DNA of 64,000 bases from Candidatus Latescibacterota bacterium (GTDB taxonomy: Bacteria; Latescibacterota; UBA2968; SICM01): the NCBI GenBank assembly GCA_965217865.1, contig CBDCJO010000002.1:3264001-3328000 (forward strand), written 5' to 3'. A program made the position numbers and the translations under genes. This document shows, in pieces, positions 1 through 9,554 of the stretch; positions within the stretch are counted from its first letter, which is position 1; every line of letters starts with the position of its first letter. Below the pieces are notes generated by a model. It saw only the letters and a list, made by a program, of their open reading frames with translations, had not been told where the DNA came from and did no database searches.

Positions 1-1077
1 TTTGCTGGCTGGTAATTGTCCGAAGCGGCCAGCAACCTCTACAACGTATTTTTGCCATATGCTTGGTGTTCTTAAATACCAGCCGCGTAGATACGTTTGT
101 AAATCCTGATCATGCCCCGACGATATCGGACCGTGAACATTCAGATAACGGACAGTATTCCACGCTTCCGGGTTGTCCTCGAAAATATCAATCAGGTTGT
201 GAGCGATCATATGGTGAGACCTCTGATAGTAAGGGTCTTTCTTTAATCCGACATGTTGTACCTTAAACCACCTCTTAAATTGTTCAGGCCCCATTCTATA
301 GCCGGGGATAACATATTCTATGAAGTCCAGGATTCGATTCATCATGTTTGGAATGGAAACAGTTATTTGATGCCCTGCATTGATCTTGTCGTGCAGTTTC
401 CTAAAAGTGTACAGTGATGCCATGCTTGACAATGATTCATCAAGCCATCTATTCCGTATGGTCGGTGTCTGGTAATAGTTGGTCATAATGTGACCATATT
501 CGTGGGCGAACAGATGGATGTTCTGCAAAACTTGTAGACCTGCCGTGTCCAACAAGATCATGTGAGAACCGGTTGAGGTGCGTGAGTATAGTATTCTTGT
601 TCCATTTGATGAGTGCCGAACCAAGATGTCAGAATCGAGAGCATAGACCAGAGGTTCCGTCAAGACTTCCTGGACCTGCTCACAGACACCCTGAACCACC
701 CTTACTGATTGTCGCCATGCACCAGGCTCAATGGTGATTGATGGTAACAACTTGGGAAGGTCTTCGTAAACCGTTTCGATGATCGGGTCAGAAACAATTA
801 CCGTTGTGTCTCTTACTACAAGAGTGTCTCGAACCACGTTGTTGACGACAAGGGTATCGCGTATTATGTGGTTGACGATAAGGGTATCAACTCTGATATG
901 TTCCGGGTCGAATATTTCTCCGCCTGTCCTCCCGAAATTGGAAGAAAACATGAAGAAGTCATCCAGATCAACCTTGCCGTTTCCGTCAAGGTCGCCGAGT
1001 AATCTTTTCTGTGACGCATACGTGATCCCATAAGCAAACATTGAAGCAATGACAAACAACACCAGAAAGCGATGCAT
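1..1077 (-). CDS. Secreted zincin-like metalloprotease with dockerin/EF-hand-like motif (runs off window start)
   Basis: Manually translated; absent from ORF track because it has no stop in the window. ATG 1077 with AAGGAAGG RBS; signal peptide MHRFLVLFVIASMFAYG; GDLDGNGKVDLDDFFMFSSNFG; repeated RDT; AHEYGH followed by WLDES. Confidence 0.75.
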   Translation of the reverse strand, partial: MHRFLVLFVIASMFAYGITYASQKRLLGDLDGNGKVDLDDFFMFSSNFGRTGGEIFDPEHIRVDTLIVNHIIRDTLVVNNVVRDTLVVRDTTVIVSDPIIETVYEDLPKLLPSITIEPGAWRQSVRVVQGVCEQVQEVLTEPLVYALDSDILVRHSSNGTRILYSRTSTGSHMILLDTAGLQVLQNIHLFAHEYGHIMTNYYQTPTIRNRWLDESLSSMASLYTFRKLHDKINAGHQITVSIPNMMNRILDFIEYVIPGYRMGPEQFKRWFKVQHVGLKKDPYYQRSHHMIAHNLIDIFEDNPEAWNTVRYLNVHGPISSGHDQDLQTYLRGWYLRTPSIWQKYVVEVAGRFGQLPASK

Positions 1078-1125
1078 ATACCTTCCTTTGGGCAAAAAAA
1101 TAGGGCCTTCGTATAACCGAAGACC

Positions 1126-1635
1126 CTAATAGAATTGGATGATGCTATAATGCATACCTGCAAACCACCCGTTATTATACCCCACATAACTAAAGGGAGC
1201 TGTGGAGAAGGTAAGACCGTGTGGTGGGATTGTCAAGTGGGTTTTTTGTCCATTGCCCGCTGTATGAGGATCTTCGGGGCCGCAGTAGGGTGCACGTGTT
1301 TGTTCAAACTTTTTCAGTGCATTACGGACCGTTCCACCGATATCGAAGCATGTCCCTGTGGAGCTCAGGTGGCCTTCCTTATGCCATCTGGTGTATCGTT
1401 CCAACTGGTCGACGGGATCGAAGTCATTGCAAGTGATAAGACTTTCAGCCAGACAGAGGGCCATCGAGGTGTCATCAGTCCACTGCCCGGGAACCAGACC
1501 AAAAGGCCCGCCTCCCACCATATCGTCGATAGGCTTGAATTCTCCAGGTCTGGTGAATTCGAGGGTTGTACCGAGGGCATCTCCCACGGCAAGGCCGAGA
1601 AGGCATCCTCGATAGCGTTCCCTTAATGTTAACAC
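1126..1635 (-). pseudogene. ADP-ribosylglycohydrolase, C-terminally truncated
   Basis: GCLLGLAVGDALG, WTDDTSM and AGNG motifs; homology stops after AGNG (family is about 300 aa). Confidence 0.8.
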
Positions 1636-1721
1636 GATCGCCAGTTAGAGATAATTCCCCCACGTTTAGCACGAAAAGGTTTGAACGGAAGGGCGTACTG
1701 AATCGATTCGCTAATTATTTA

Positions 1722-1976
1722 CTAGAAAATGTTCAGAATCACCTTCCTGATGGACTGAAAATCATCATCCAAAAAGTTGGACCATATAATTTTCACCTGG
1801 TCTGAGAGAAATTCTAGATCTGTCTCTTGGTACTCTTTGGATTTTAGGATGTCCCTTGTGTAGATCTGTGTCCATTTTTCGCCTGGCCTACTACCTATTC
1901 CCTTGAATATACCTTTGTGCCATTTCGCGTAATCGAAGATTGTCTTCCGAATCTCCTGGTCACCTGGACCAATCAA
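1722..1976 (-). pseudogene. C-terminal fragment of an AT-rich hypothetical gene
   Basis: Open frame without a convincing start; composition shifts at the junction. Confidence 0.35.
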
Positions 1977-2226
1977 GAACTTGAGACGGAGACTGGTTTG
2001 GGAATTCCGGAAAGTCCATGAATCCAGGGGCTACACCCATCAGTATCTCCCGGGCTACTTCTTCGGGTGTCGATTGAAGAACGGCAGGCACTTCGCTCGG
2101 GGGGACATAGGGACGTCGGGCGTTGTCAGAGGCAGCGATGTCCGAACACCATGCCAGCATGGAATAAAGCACGGCAAAGCATAATAGAAACCGGAAGACA
2201 ACTGGGAGATTCCCGGCATTCATCAT
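1960..2226 (-). pseudogene. N-terminal fragment of a secreted protein
   Basis: ATGA overlap with the upstream lipoprotein stop; hydrophobic signal-like N-terminus; ends abruptly. Confidence 0.4.
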
Positions 2227-2732
2227 CGGACTACGGCCTCCTTTCTCAGAACAGAACCGTCTGGCTGAGACACTAAAAAGATCCACTTACCAACCCTCAG
2301 AGGTGGATAAAACTCTAAGATGTGGTCCCGATTCCATTCAGGATTCAGGTATCTCACTGTTCCGGGACAGACATCTGAAGGGATTTCTATTCCCCATAGG
2401 CTCACTTTGTACCCGACCAGATTGTACTTGAACAGATCAATTCTCGTCACGTCAATATGAGAAAACACCTCACATCCAGAGCCCACCCCGCCATAAAATC
2501 GTACGTGCATGGTATCAGAGACCGCCAACGGGGATGTAGTTTTCACCAGTAAGGTTCGGAATGTACCTTGTAGGGGATCAAAGACCCTCAAGGGGGATCC
2601 AACCGACACGCTGTCAACATGGATTTTATAAATCTGATCATCAGGGTCCGGTTTATCCGAGTTAAAAGGGTTAAGGCCGCAGGACACCATCAGGAAGGTC
2701 AATGAGACAAGGACCGGGATTTTTCGTCGCAT
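2223..2732 (-). CDS. Putative lipoprotein
   Basis: AAAGGAG RBS; MRRKIPVLVSLTFLMVSC lipobox. Confidence 0.7.
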   Translation of the reverse strand: MRRKIPVLVSLTFLMVSCGLNPFNSDKPDPDDQIYKIHVDSVSVGSPLRVFDPLQGTFRTLLVKTTSPLAVSDTMHVRFYGGVGSGCEVFSHIDVTRIDLFKYNLVGYKVSLWGIEIPSDVCPGTVRYLNPEWNRDHILEFYPPLRVGKWIFLVSQPDGSVLRKEAVVR

Positions 2733-2764
2733 GACCGATGCTCCTTTCTCCTCCCTTTGTGGCA

Positions 2765-3127
2765 ATCCCGAAGAGGTCGTCAGTCCCGCCATCTTGAGCG
2801 TCCCCACTCCTCGATGATGGCCACACCGATAGAAGGTACGAGCGATCAGTGGGTTCCAGGGCCGACTCACCTCTCTGTAATTATAATATACCCTGCCATA
2901 TGGTGTCAACATCTCATTCGGCTACCTCGAAAGCTCGTTCTCTCGTTCACCTGTTGCCCGACCACATCTCCTTCCGGCGAGACACCGAACAGCACCTGCC
3001 CGCCGCTATGATTGAGCATGGCGCACACCGTTTGGGCCGCCTCGCGGCGCGTTCCCGTTGTGCTCTTGAACTCGAGCGTCTCTGATTCGTCTGTCTGGGC
3101 CAGCGATTTCGTCTGTTAAAGCGTCAT
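2765..3127 (-). pseudogene. AlbA_2/Schlafen plus HATPase_c_4 protein remnant with large internal deletion
   Basis: ESETLEFKS...VCAMLNHSGGQVLFGV, and PWNPLIARTFYR...GTLKM; early stop codon. Confidence 0.65.
2880..2909 (-). promoter_or_regulatory. Sigma70-like promoter upstream of the lipoprotein gene
   Basis: TTGACA-18 bp-TATAAT on the minus strand. Confidence 0.45.
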
Positions 3128-3308
3128 GGACGAGTCCCGTTCTTACGTCGATTAGTCTGGGTTCATGGCGACAAGTAATTCCTCAAAGCAGAAACGCCTC
3201 GGAATTCGTTCCCATAGGTAGCGACAAATGTCGGCAGCTGTTCTTCAATGGACTCTTCTTCAGGTACACGAATGTGGACATTAAGCAGACGAATCCGCTG
3301 ACCTGATA

Positions 3309-3610
3309 ATGAGCTCCAACGGCTTCGGTCCGGGAGCCGGGTTCTCGGGCGGCCTCAGTGCAGGCTACGACTTGGGCAGGCTGCGCTTCGAGGTCGAACA
3401 CCTTTGCCGCTACCAAGGGGATGACGTTTCGCCCCTCCGCGCGGCGGGCGGGGGGAATGAAGTGCTGGCAGGCAAGTCCGGCGAGTGGAGTCCGGAAGAA
3501 CCGCCCTCGGAGAGAATTTCCGGTTTCCGCGCCCACCAGTTCTTCGTGAACGCATACTATGATTTCGAGAACGACTCGCCTGGAGGCCCTATGTGGGCAC
3601 AGGTGCCGGC
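3309..3610 (+). pseudogene. Outer-membrane beta-barrel protein, N-terminal half
   Basis: GFSGGLSAGYDLGRLRFEVE...HQFFVNAYYDFEND. Confidence 0.6.
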
Positions 3611-3614
3611 TTGC

Positions 3615-4070
3615 CCGCGCACGGCCGCTTCCGCTGTCCGGTGAACTGCCGTAAGCTGGTGACCGGACCCACCGGATCCGGCTTCCAGTGAATACGTATC
3701 GGAAGACCTTCCCAAACGTCGAACCAGGCTGTTAAATAAGGCCGACGGGAAAAACAGAGAATCAGAGAATCCGGAGGAGATATCTCTGCTCAGCGGACGC
3801 AACCCCACGGTTGTGGTCGGACACAGGGGGAAACGCTTCGAAACAGAGAATCGGCAGAGAGGGGAAGGAGGTGGCACAAGTGTTTGTGAATACGACAGAA
3901 ACGACAAGACCCCGAAGGGGTTGCCCCACGGGGTCTGGCGTTAACGGACGACCGCCTAAGTTGGCGGATTGGAATATGGCTCCCCATATGATCCTCTCCC
4001 CGGAACCATTCTCTGTTCGCAAGACGTAACTTGCTGTATTGAACGGAGCTATCGTAATTACGCCCGCGCC
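3615..4070 (+). repeat. Dispersed non-coding att-like repeat, copy 1
   Basis: Similar to 59510-59970; core GGGGTCT(G/T)GCGTTAACGGACGACCGCC(T/G)AAGTTGGCGGATTGGAATATGGCTCCCCAT; partial copies at 48126, 48904 and 51968. Confidence 0.85.
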
Positions 4071-4768
4071 GCAGACGCGGAAGACAGCGTCAAGACGACT
4101 TCCACCCTTCAGGTCAAAACAGCCACTTCTCCGACATGGGATCAGGATATCCGGGTCGTCGTTACCCGCGCTGTTCACCTTGGTGCTGACGGCGCGCCTT
4201 TCGTAGGGGCCAACACAGGCTTCACGCATCAACTCGAGAAGCCGTGGTGAGGTCGTTATCCACGTTCTGGACGCCTCACGCTGTCGGAAGCTGTGGCGGA
4301 GGAACCGTTTAACCTGAAGAAATTCTACATAGTGCGGCGTGCGGCGCAAATCTCAAATCCCCTCTTCCCACACCCGCCAAATCGCCATCACTCTTATCTT
4401 CCCCTCCATCCGCTCGTAGCTTCTGATCGCTCGGATCTGAAGCCTCCCTGGTTGACAGCTTCCGGCCAAACGGCTATATTACTCGATTGTCTGACTGCCC
4501 CTAATCGTCTTGGCTCCCAGTCTCGCGCACCCCCGGAATGCAGTGAGGGGCAAGACCACGCTCGTCGAAACCGTGGCGGGCGCGTGGGGAGCAGGAAGCC
4601 ACGCCCTTCCGGGGGGCATATCGGGTTCTCAAATATGAACAGGGAACAGAAGCAGAGTATGAAGCTGGAAGATCTCCAGGCCAATGCTGCGGTGCATGGC
4701 ATCCTATCCGACTCCCTCGTCACGGTGGTCAGCGTGCAGTGGTTCGGCTCCGAAGCGCTTGAGTTGAC
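3982..4768 (+). repeat. About 790-bp direct repeat, copy 1 (copy 2 at 48904-49681)
   Basis: Near-identical sequence by eye; identical translated blocks in the ORF track. Confidence 0.9.
4659..4768 (+). pseudogene. N-terminal stub of an SNF2-family helicase
   Basis: MKLEDLQANAAVHGILSDSLVTVVSVQWFGSEALELT resembles the start of defence-associated SNF2/DUF3883 helicases. Confidence 0.6.
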
Positions 4769-4815
4769 TGTTCCGAAGAATCTTCCTGTATTGTCTCATC
4801 GTAAGCACATCCAAA

Positions 4816-6083
4816 GGTCAAGTCTTAAGCGTCCTGCAAAATGCAAGCCTTCAACTGGAGGTCCAGTGAGGTTCAGGCAACGGCTACCATTTCAGCCGGT
4901 GGTGCGATCTGTCGTTCCTCATAGAGCAGCTGGAGCTGGAGCAGTTCGGTGGACGTGATGTTGATATTCTGCCACCTGGCAGCGGCACGGATGAGAACAG
5001 CATAGACGAGCTTCAGGCAACTCTTTTCGGAGAAGAATCGCGGCAATGTTTTGGTTCGGCGGCGTTCCTCGACAAAGCTGCGTTCGATCAGGTTGGTGGT
5101 GCGGGCGAACTTCCGGAGTCGCCAGGGAAGCTGGAGGTGTGCGAGGAGAGCTTCGAGGTCCTCCGTGAGACACTTGCACAGACCGGGGAACTCCTTGCTG
5201 AACTTCTCCAGAAACTCTCGCACCGCACTTTGGCCGGCCTGAAGATCCGGGGCGTCACGAATCATCACCAGATACGGCTTGATCTCATGCCAGCGCGCAT
5301 CGGGCACCTTGGCTTCAAAGTTGCGCATCCGATGCACCCAGCAGCGTCCGCGCAGACTCTTCGGCCACATCTGGTCGATGGTCTGGATAAGCCCACCGGC
5401 TCCGTCGGTCGTGACGAACAGGGGTGCCGGTAAACCACGCCGGTCGAGATCCCGGACGAACTCAAGCCATGCCTCGCCGCTTTCTTTGCTGCCCAGACCC
5501 AGGGAGATCAGAACTTTCCGGCCGTCCAGTGTGATGCCCCAGGCGCACAGCACGGCCTCCCGGGTGATGCCGTGGGTACGAAGCGGCTCGTACAGGCCGT
5601 CCAGGAACAGGCACAGGAGAGGAAAGTCGCTGAGATCGCGTTCCTGGAAGGCCTGGTATTGTTCCCAAAGGACTTCGGTGACTTCGCTGACCTTGCTGCG
5701 GCTAAGCAGGCAACGCCCCTGCTCATCAGTGAAGGCGTCCTCGATGTCCCGGGTAGACAGTCCACGCGCGTACATCCCGGTTGCCAGGCGCTGCACCATC
5801 CCTGAGTCGCCGCGCAGAAGATCGTAAAGGCTGCACCGGTAGGGCTCCTCTGGATCCCTGACCTGAGGAATCGCGACCTCGAGGCGGCCTTCGGCAGTAT
5901 CCAGATAGCCCGGCTCATAGCCGCTACGGTAGCCTCGACGACCTTCACCGCGTTTATACCGATCGACACCCAGGTGGTCCCGCTGATGCGCCTCAAAACC
6001 CTCCTGGCAGATCAGCCGGGTGGACAACTGAACTAGCTGAGTCAACGCCTCCTGGGCGCTCTCGACATCCTGGAGTCCTTCGC
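4816..6083 (-). mobile_element. IS256-family element, 5'-truncated (transposase 4873 to about 6083)
   Basis: GYRSGY, LFLDGLY, TDG, RCWVHRMRN, RTTNLIERSF; terminus GGTCAAGTCTTAAGCGTCCTGCAAAATG shared with 61440-61467. Confidence 0.9.
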
Positions 6084-6094
6084 CCGATGGGACG

Positions 6095-7486
6095 ATGCTC
6101 GCTTCCGGATCATGGGATGGCACGGTCAAGCTGTGGGAGGTTGCGACGGGCGAAAATATCGCCACCCTTGAGGGGCATACGTCTTGGGTCCGTTCCGTAT
6201 CGTTTTCGCCCGATGGGACAATGCTCGTTTCCAGGTCAGGGAAGGACAGGATTCTGCTGTGGGACGTGGCGACGGGAAATGCTGTTGCCCTGGAGGGGCA
6301 TACGTCTTGGGTCCGTTCCGTATCGTTTTCGCCCGATGGGACGATCCTCGCTATCGAGTCATGGAATGACAGGATTCTGCTGTGGGACGTTGCGGCAAGA
6401 GAAAATATCGCCACACTCAGGCATGGTGGGTCAGTCCGTTCCGTATCGTTTTCGCCCGATGGGACGATTCTCGCTTCAGGGTCAAATGATAGAACGGTCA
6501 GGCTGTGGGAGGTTGCGACGGGCGAAAATATCGCCACCCTGGAGGGGCATACGAATCGGATCAGGTCCGTATCGTTTTCGCCCGATGGGACGATTCTCGC
6601 TTCAGGGTCAAATGATAGAACGGCCAAGTTGTGGGAGGTTGCGACGGGCGAAAATATCGCCACCCTGGAGGGGCATACGTCTTCGGTCGAGTTTTTATCG
6701 TTTTCGCCCGATGGGACGATTCTCGCTTCCGGGGCATATGATAGAACGGTCAGGCTGTGGGAGGTTGCGACGGGCGAAAATATCGCCACCCTTGAGGGGC
6801 ATACATCTTGGGTCACTTCCGTGTCGTTTTCGCCCGATGGGACAATGCTCGTTTCCGGGTCAGGGGATGGCAGGATTCTGCTGTGGGACGTTGCGGCAAG
6901 AGAAAATATCGCCACTCTCAGGCATGGTGGGTCAGTCCAATCGGTGTCGTTTTCGCCCGATGGGACGACTTTCGCTTCCATAGCAGGGGATGGCACGGTC
7001 AGGCTGTGGGACGTTGCGGCAAGAGAAAATATCGCCACTCTCAGGCATGGTGGGTTCGTCCAATCGGTGTCGTTTTCGCCCGATGGGACGATTCTCGCTT
7101 CCGGGGCAGATGATGGCGTTGTCAAGCTATGGGGCGTGGCGACAAGAGAAAATATCGCCACCCTTAAGGGGCATACGTCTGGGGCCGGGCTCCATTCCGT
7201 GCCGTTTTCCCCCGATGGGACAATGCTCGTTTCCGGGTCAAGTGATGGCACGATTCTGCTGTGGGATATGTCGCCGTACAGCACACCTCAAGCCCCTAAT
7301 TCCGACTTTGATGGCGATGGTACTGTTGACCTTGCCGACTTTTTCCGGTTTGCCGAACAGTTTGGATCAAGTCAAGGCGATAAGGGATATGAAGCGCGGT
7401 ATGATCTGGATGGGGATGACATAATTGGGCTTGGTGATTTTTTTATCTTTGCCAACGACTTCGGCAAGGAAGCGTCATCAAATTGA
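6095..7486 (+). CDS. WD40-repeat protein with C-terminal dockerin/EF-hand-like domain, probably N-truncated
   Basis: About 9 GH...SVSFSPDG..LASG..D.T..LW repeats; DFDGDGTVDLADFF and DLDGDDIIGLGDFF; begins mid-repeat at the IS256 junction. Confidence 0.85.
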   Translation: MLASGSWDGTVKLWEVATGENIATLEGHTSWVRSVSFSPDGTMLVSRSGKDRILLWDVATGNAVALEGHTSWVRSVSFSPDGTILAIESWNDRILLWDVAARENIATLRHGGSVRSVSFSPDGTILASGSNDRTVRLWEVATGENIATLEGHTNRIRSVSFSPDGTILASGSNDRTAKLWEVATGENIATLEGHTSSVEFLSFSPDGTILASGAYDRTVRLWEVATGENIATLEGHTSWVTSVSFSPDGTMLVSGSGDGRILLWDVAARENIATLRHGGSVQSVSFSPDGTTFASIAGDGTVRLWDVAARENIATLRHGGFVQSVSFSPDGTILASGADDGVVKLWGVATRENIATLKGHTSGAGLHSVPFSPDGTMLVSGSSDGTILLWDMSPYSTPQAPNSDFDGDGTVDLADFFRFAEQFGSSQGDKGYEARYDLDGDDIIGLGDFFIFANDFGKEASSN

Positions 7487-7756
7487 CCTGTCTGTCCGTG
7501 CAGGCGGATGTCTTTCACTTGAGAAGAGCATAACCCGATGCAAAAAACCGTTCTTCGCCTCACCTCACCAATCAGATTGAGTGCTTGCCTTTTCGCGTTG
7601 ACCGGTTTCTTTCCCGGACCGTCTCTGGGCCTCCCTCGGGTGGACACTCTGAACGGATCGCGCCACGCCAATATGCCGACGACGGCGTGTGGCGGGTTGC
7701 CTGGAGGACTCCAACGGAAAACCTTGCTTCCTGAAAAACGGGAGTTCCTGTCGAGA

Positions 7757-7945
7757 TCGACGGCTCGCGCCCGGGGGTCGTCGCCCTGTGAGGCGGCCCG
7801 GGCGCTCTGCCGTTTCACGAAACGCGTGATCTTCTGATACAGCTCGAACTCGGGACCATCGATGGCGAAGTCGGCGGTGCGCGGGATGCGCTTGGTGAAG
7901 ACCGGCTTCGCGGTCCATGTTCCGTCCGTCTGACGATCCCCCCGG
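7757..7945 (-). pseudogene. Internal fragment of an SNF2-like helicase
   Basis: KPVFTKRIPRTADFAIDGPEFELYQKITRFVK. Confidence 0.5.
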
Positions 7946-8055
7946 AATGCCTGCCGGGTGGCGCGCATCTCCGAGCGGGCTTTCTACAACTGGCTCAAAC
8001 GGGGCGAGATGGCGAAGTCTGGGCGATTTCTGGAGTTTTTGGAGTCCCTAAAAAA
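7946..8055 (+). pseudogene. Terminase-small-subunit-like HTH remnant
   Basis: ACRVARISERAFYNWLKRGEMAKSGRFLEFLESLKK, homologous to 30545-30842. Confidence 0.6.
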
Positions 8056-8272
8056 GGGGAATTATATACAATAGTGCCAATATTCGTGTTGGCGTACAGC
8101 GTTCCCAATATGCGATGCCTACGAAAAAAGAATTGGAAGAACGCATTCATCTTCCAGGCCCATCACCAGAAGCCGTTGCTCAATCAGTGATGCGTGGCGG
8201 TGCTAAACGTCGGATTGAAACTGTAAAATCTAAAAAGCAACTCCTCGCCGGCACTATCGTATATAATTCCCC
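8056..8272. mobile_element. IS1595-type MITE
   Basis: 23-bp terminal inverted repeat GGGGAATTATATAC(A/G)ATAGTGCC; no transposase; short internal ORF remnant; no TSD visible. Confidence 0.75.
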
Positions 8273-8470
8273 TTTGATTTCCTATTCGTAGAGTTCCGTT
8301 AAAATATAATCTTCCGCCGTGCGCTCGGCAAGTTTGTGCAGTCCCTAAAAGGGGCGAGGCGCCGACACAGGCGCCTTATCCTCTGTGGGAAAGCGTACCC
8401 GCGCTTCCGTCACCAGGGACTCCCAGGCCAAACGGAGAAATGCCGTAGGATGCCCGCGAGACTAGCTGAT

Positions 8471-9508
8471 TTAGGCCGATTGTGGTCGCGAACTGTCAAT
8501 CTCGATCATTTGCAAATTCTTCTCTTTAAAAAACTTCGTCAAGGCTTGGGTGTACTCGTTCATGGGTGCCAGATCGACAATCCTTGACAACTCCTGACCT
8601 GATCGGGTCAAAGCAACGCCGTGTATCCTAAGCTCTTGGCCTATAGCTCGTTCGGTGGTCGACAACAAAACCCAATTTCGACCCTGAAAACTGAAAGGAA
8701 TACCCACCTTGACCGGGTTCCGTCCGGACGGAAAGACGCCTGCGCACAAGCTATAGTTAAACCAAGAGTTGTAGTCGGAGATTACGAGTCCATGCTCGTT
8801 GAGCACATTGAGGTTGCCAAAAGAGAGTCCGTACTCTCGCAACGCATTGCGTCCCGCATTACCACCCAATGAAGGAACTCTAGCATCAATGAACTGATTC
8901 CCATCCGGCCTGAGCGATATACAAGTGGAGCAGAGCTTCCCAAAAAGTCTAGCCGTCGCTTGGTCAAGATTTTTCAGAATGCTTAGAGTCTGAATGGACG
9001 TACTCCCAGGTTTTTCAACCTCGCCAGCGAGCACTTTCGCCCAAAGCAATTGCATCTCTTCCGAAGATACGTCCTGTATGTCGTTAAAGAATCGCGCCGT
9101 CCAGTCGTGATCGGGTTTATGATCAGAAACTTCCTTGTCGCCAAGCTCATCGGCCGTGACCTCCACGACGGATCTGGTATTTGCTAGGCGTTTTCGTCCT
9201 TGAAACTCAATTGACTGGGTAATGTCTTCACGGGTGATTTCCACCACGCCGCGTCCTGACTCAATCGTCGTGTCAATGGACTGCCGAGCCTGCGCCTGTG
9301 CCTCGGCGATGATCTGCAAGGAATGGGCGTTTGATTCCGTTTCAACGCGATGCACTTCCGCATCGATGCGGGCGGAGGTGAGTCTTGCCTTTCCTTCTTG
9401 GGATGCTCTCCAATTGGCTATCATCGGTCCGGCGATCGCTCCGACTCCGCTGGCGACATAATCCAAGAGTTTTTCTAGCCCAAGAACTCGTAGTACGTTC
9501 ACATCCAT
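8471..9508 (-). CDS. DUF2806 (TIGR03899-like) protein
   Basis: DWTARFFNDIQDVSSEEMQLLWAKVLAGEVEKPGSTS motif. Confidence 0.8.
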   Translation of the reverse strand: MDVNVLRVLGLEKLLDYVASGVGAIAGPMIANWRASQEGKARLTSARIDAEVHRVETESNAHSLQIIAEAQAQARQSIDTTIESGRGVVEITREDITQSIEFQGRKRLANTRSVVEVTADELGDKEVSDHKPDHDWTARFFNDIQDVSSEEMQLLWAKVLAGEVEKPGSTSIQTLSILKNLDQATARLFGKLCSTCISLRPDGNQFIDARVPSLGGNAGRNALREYGLSFGNLNVLNEHGLVISDYNSWFNYSLCAGVFPSGRNPVKVGIPFSFQGRNWVLLSTTERAIGQELRIHGVALTRSGQELSRIVDLAPMNEYTQALTKFFKEKNLQMIEIDSSRPQSA

Positions 9509-9554
9509 AGTCTTTATTCGCCCCGCTGTCCCGATACGTTCCCACGCAGTCTAT

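Noticed and set aside
3615-4350. Group II intron or tRNA
   Set aside because: No domain V, RT ORF or cloverleaf recognisable
6095-7270. DGR template/variable repeat pair
   Set aside because: No reverse transcriptase in the window and the differences are not adenine-specific by eye
4873-7284. 803-aa repeat-transposase fusion ORF
   Set aside because: The N-half is the antisense of the WD40 repeats, fortuitously in frame with a truncated IS256 transposase
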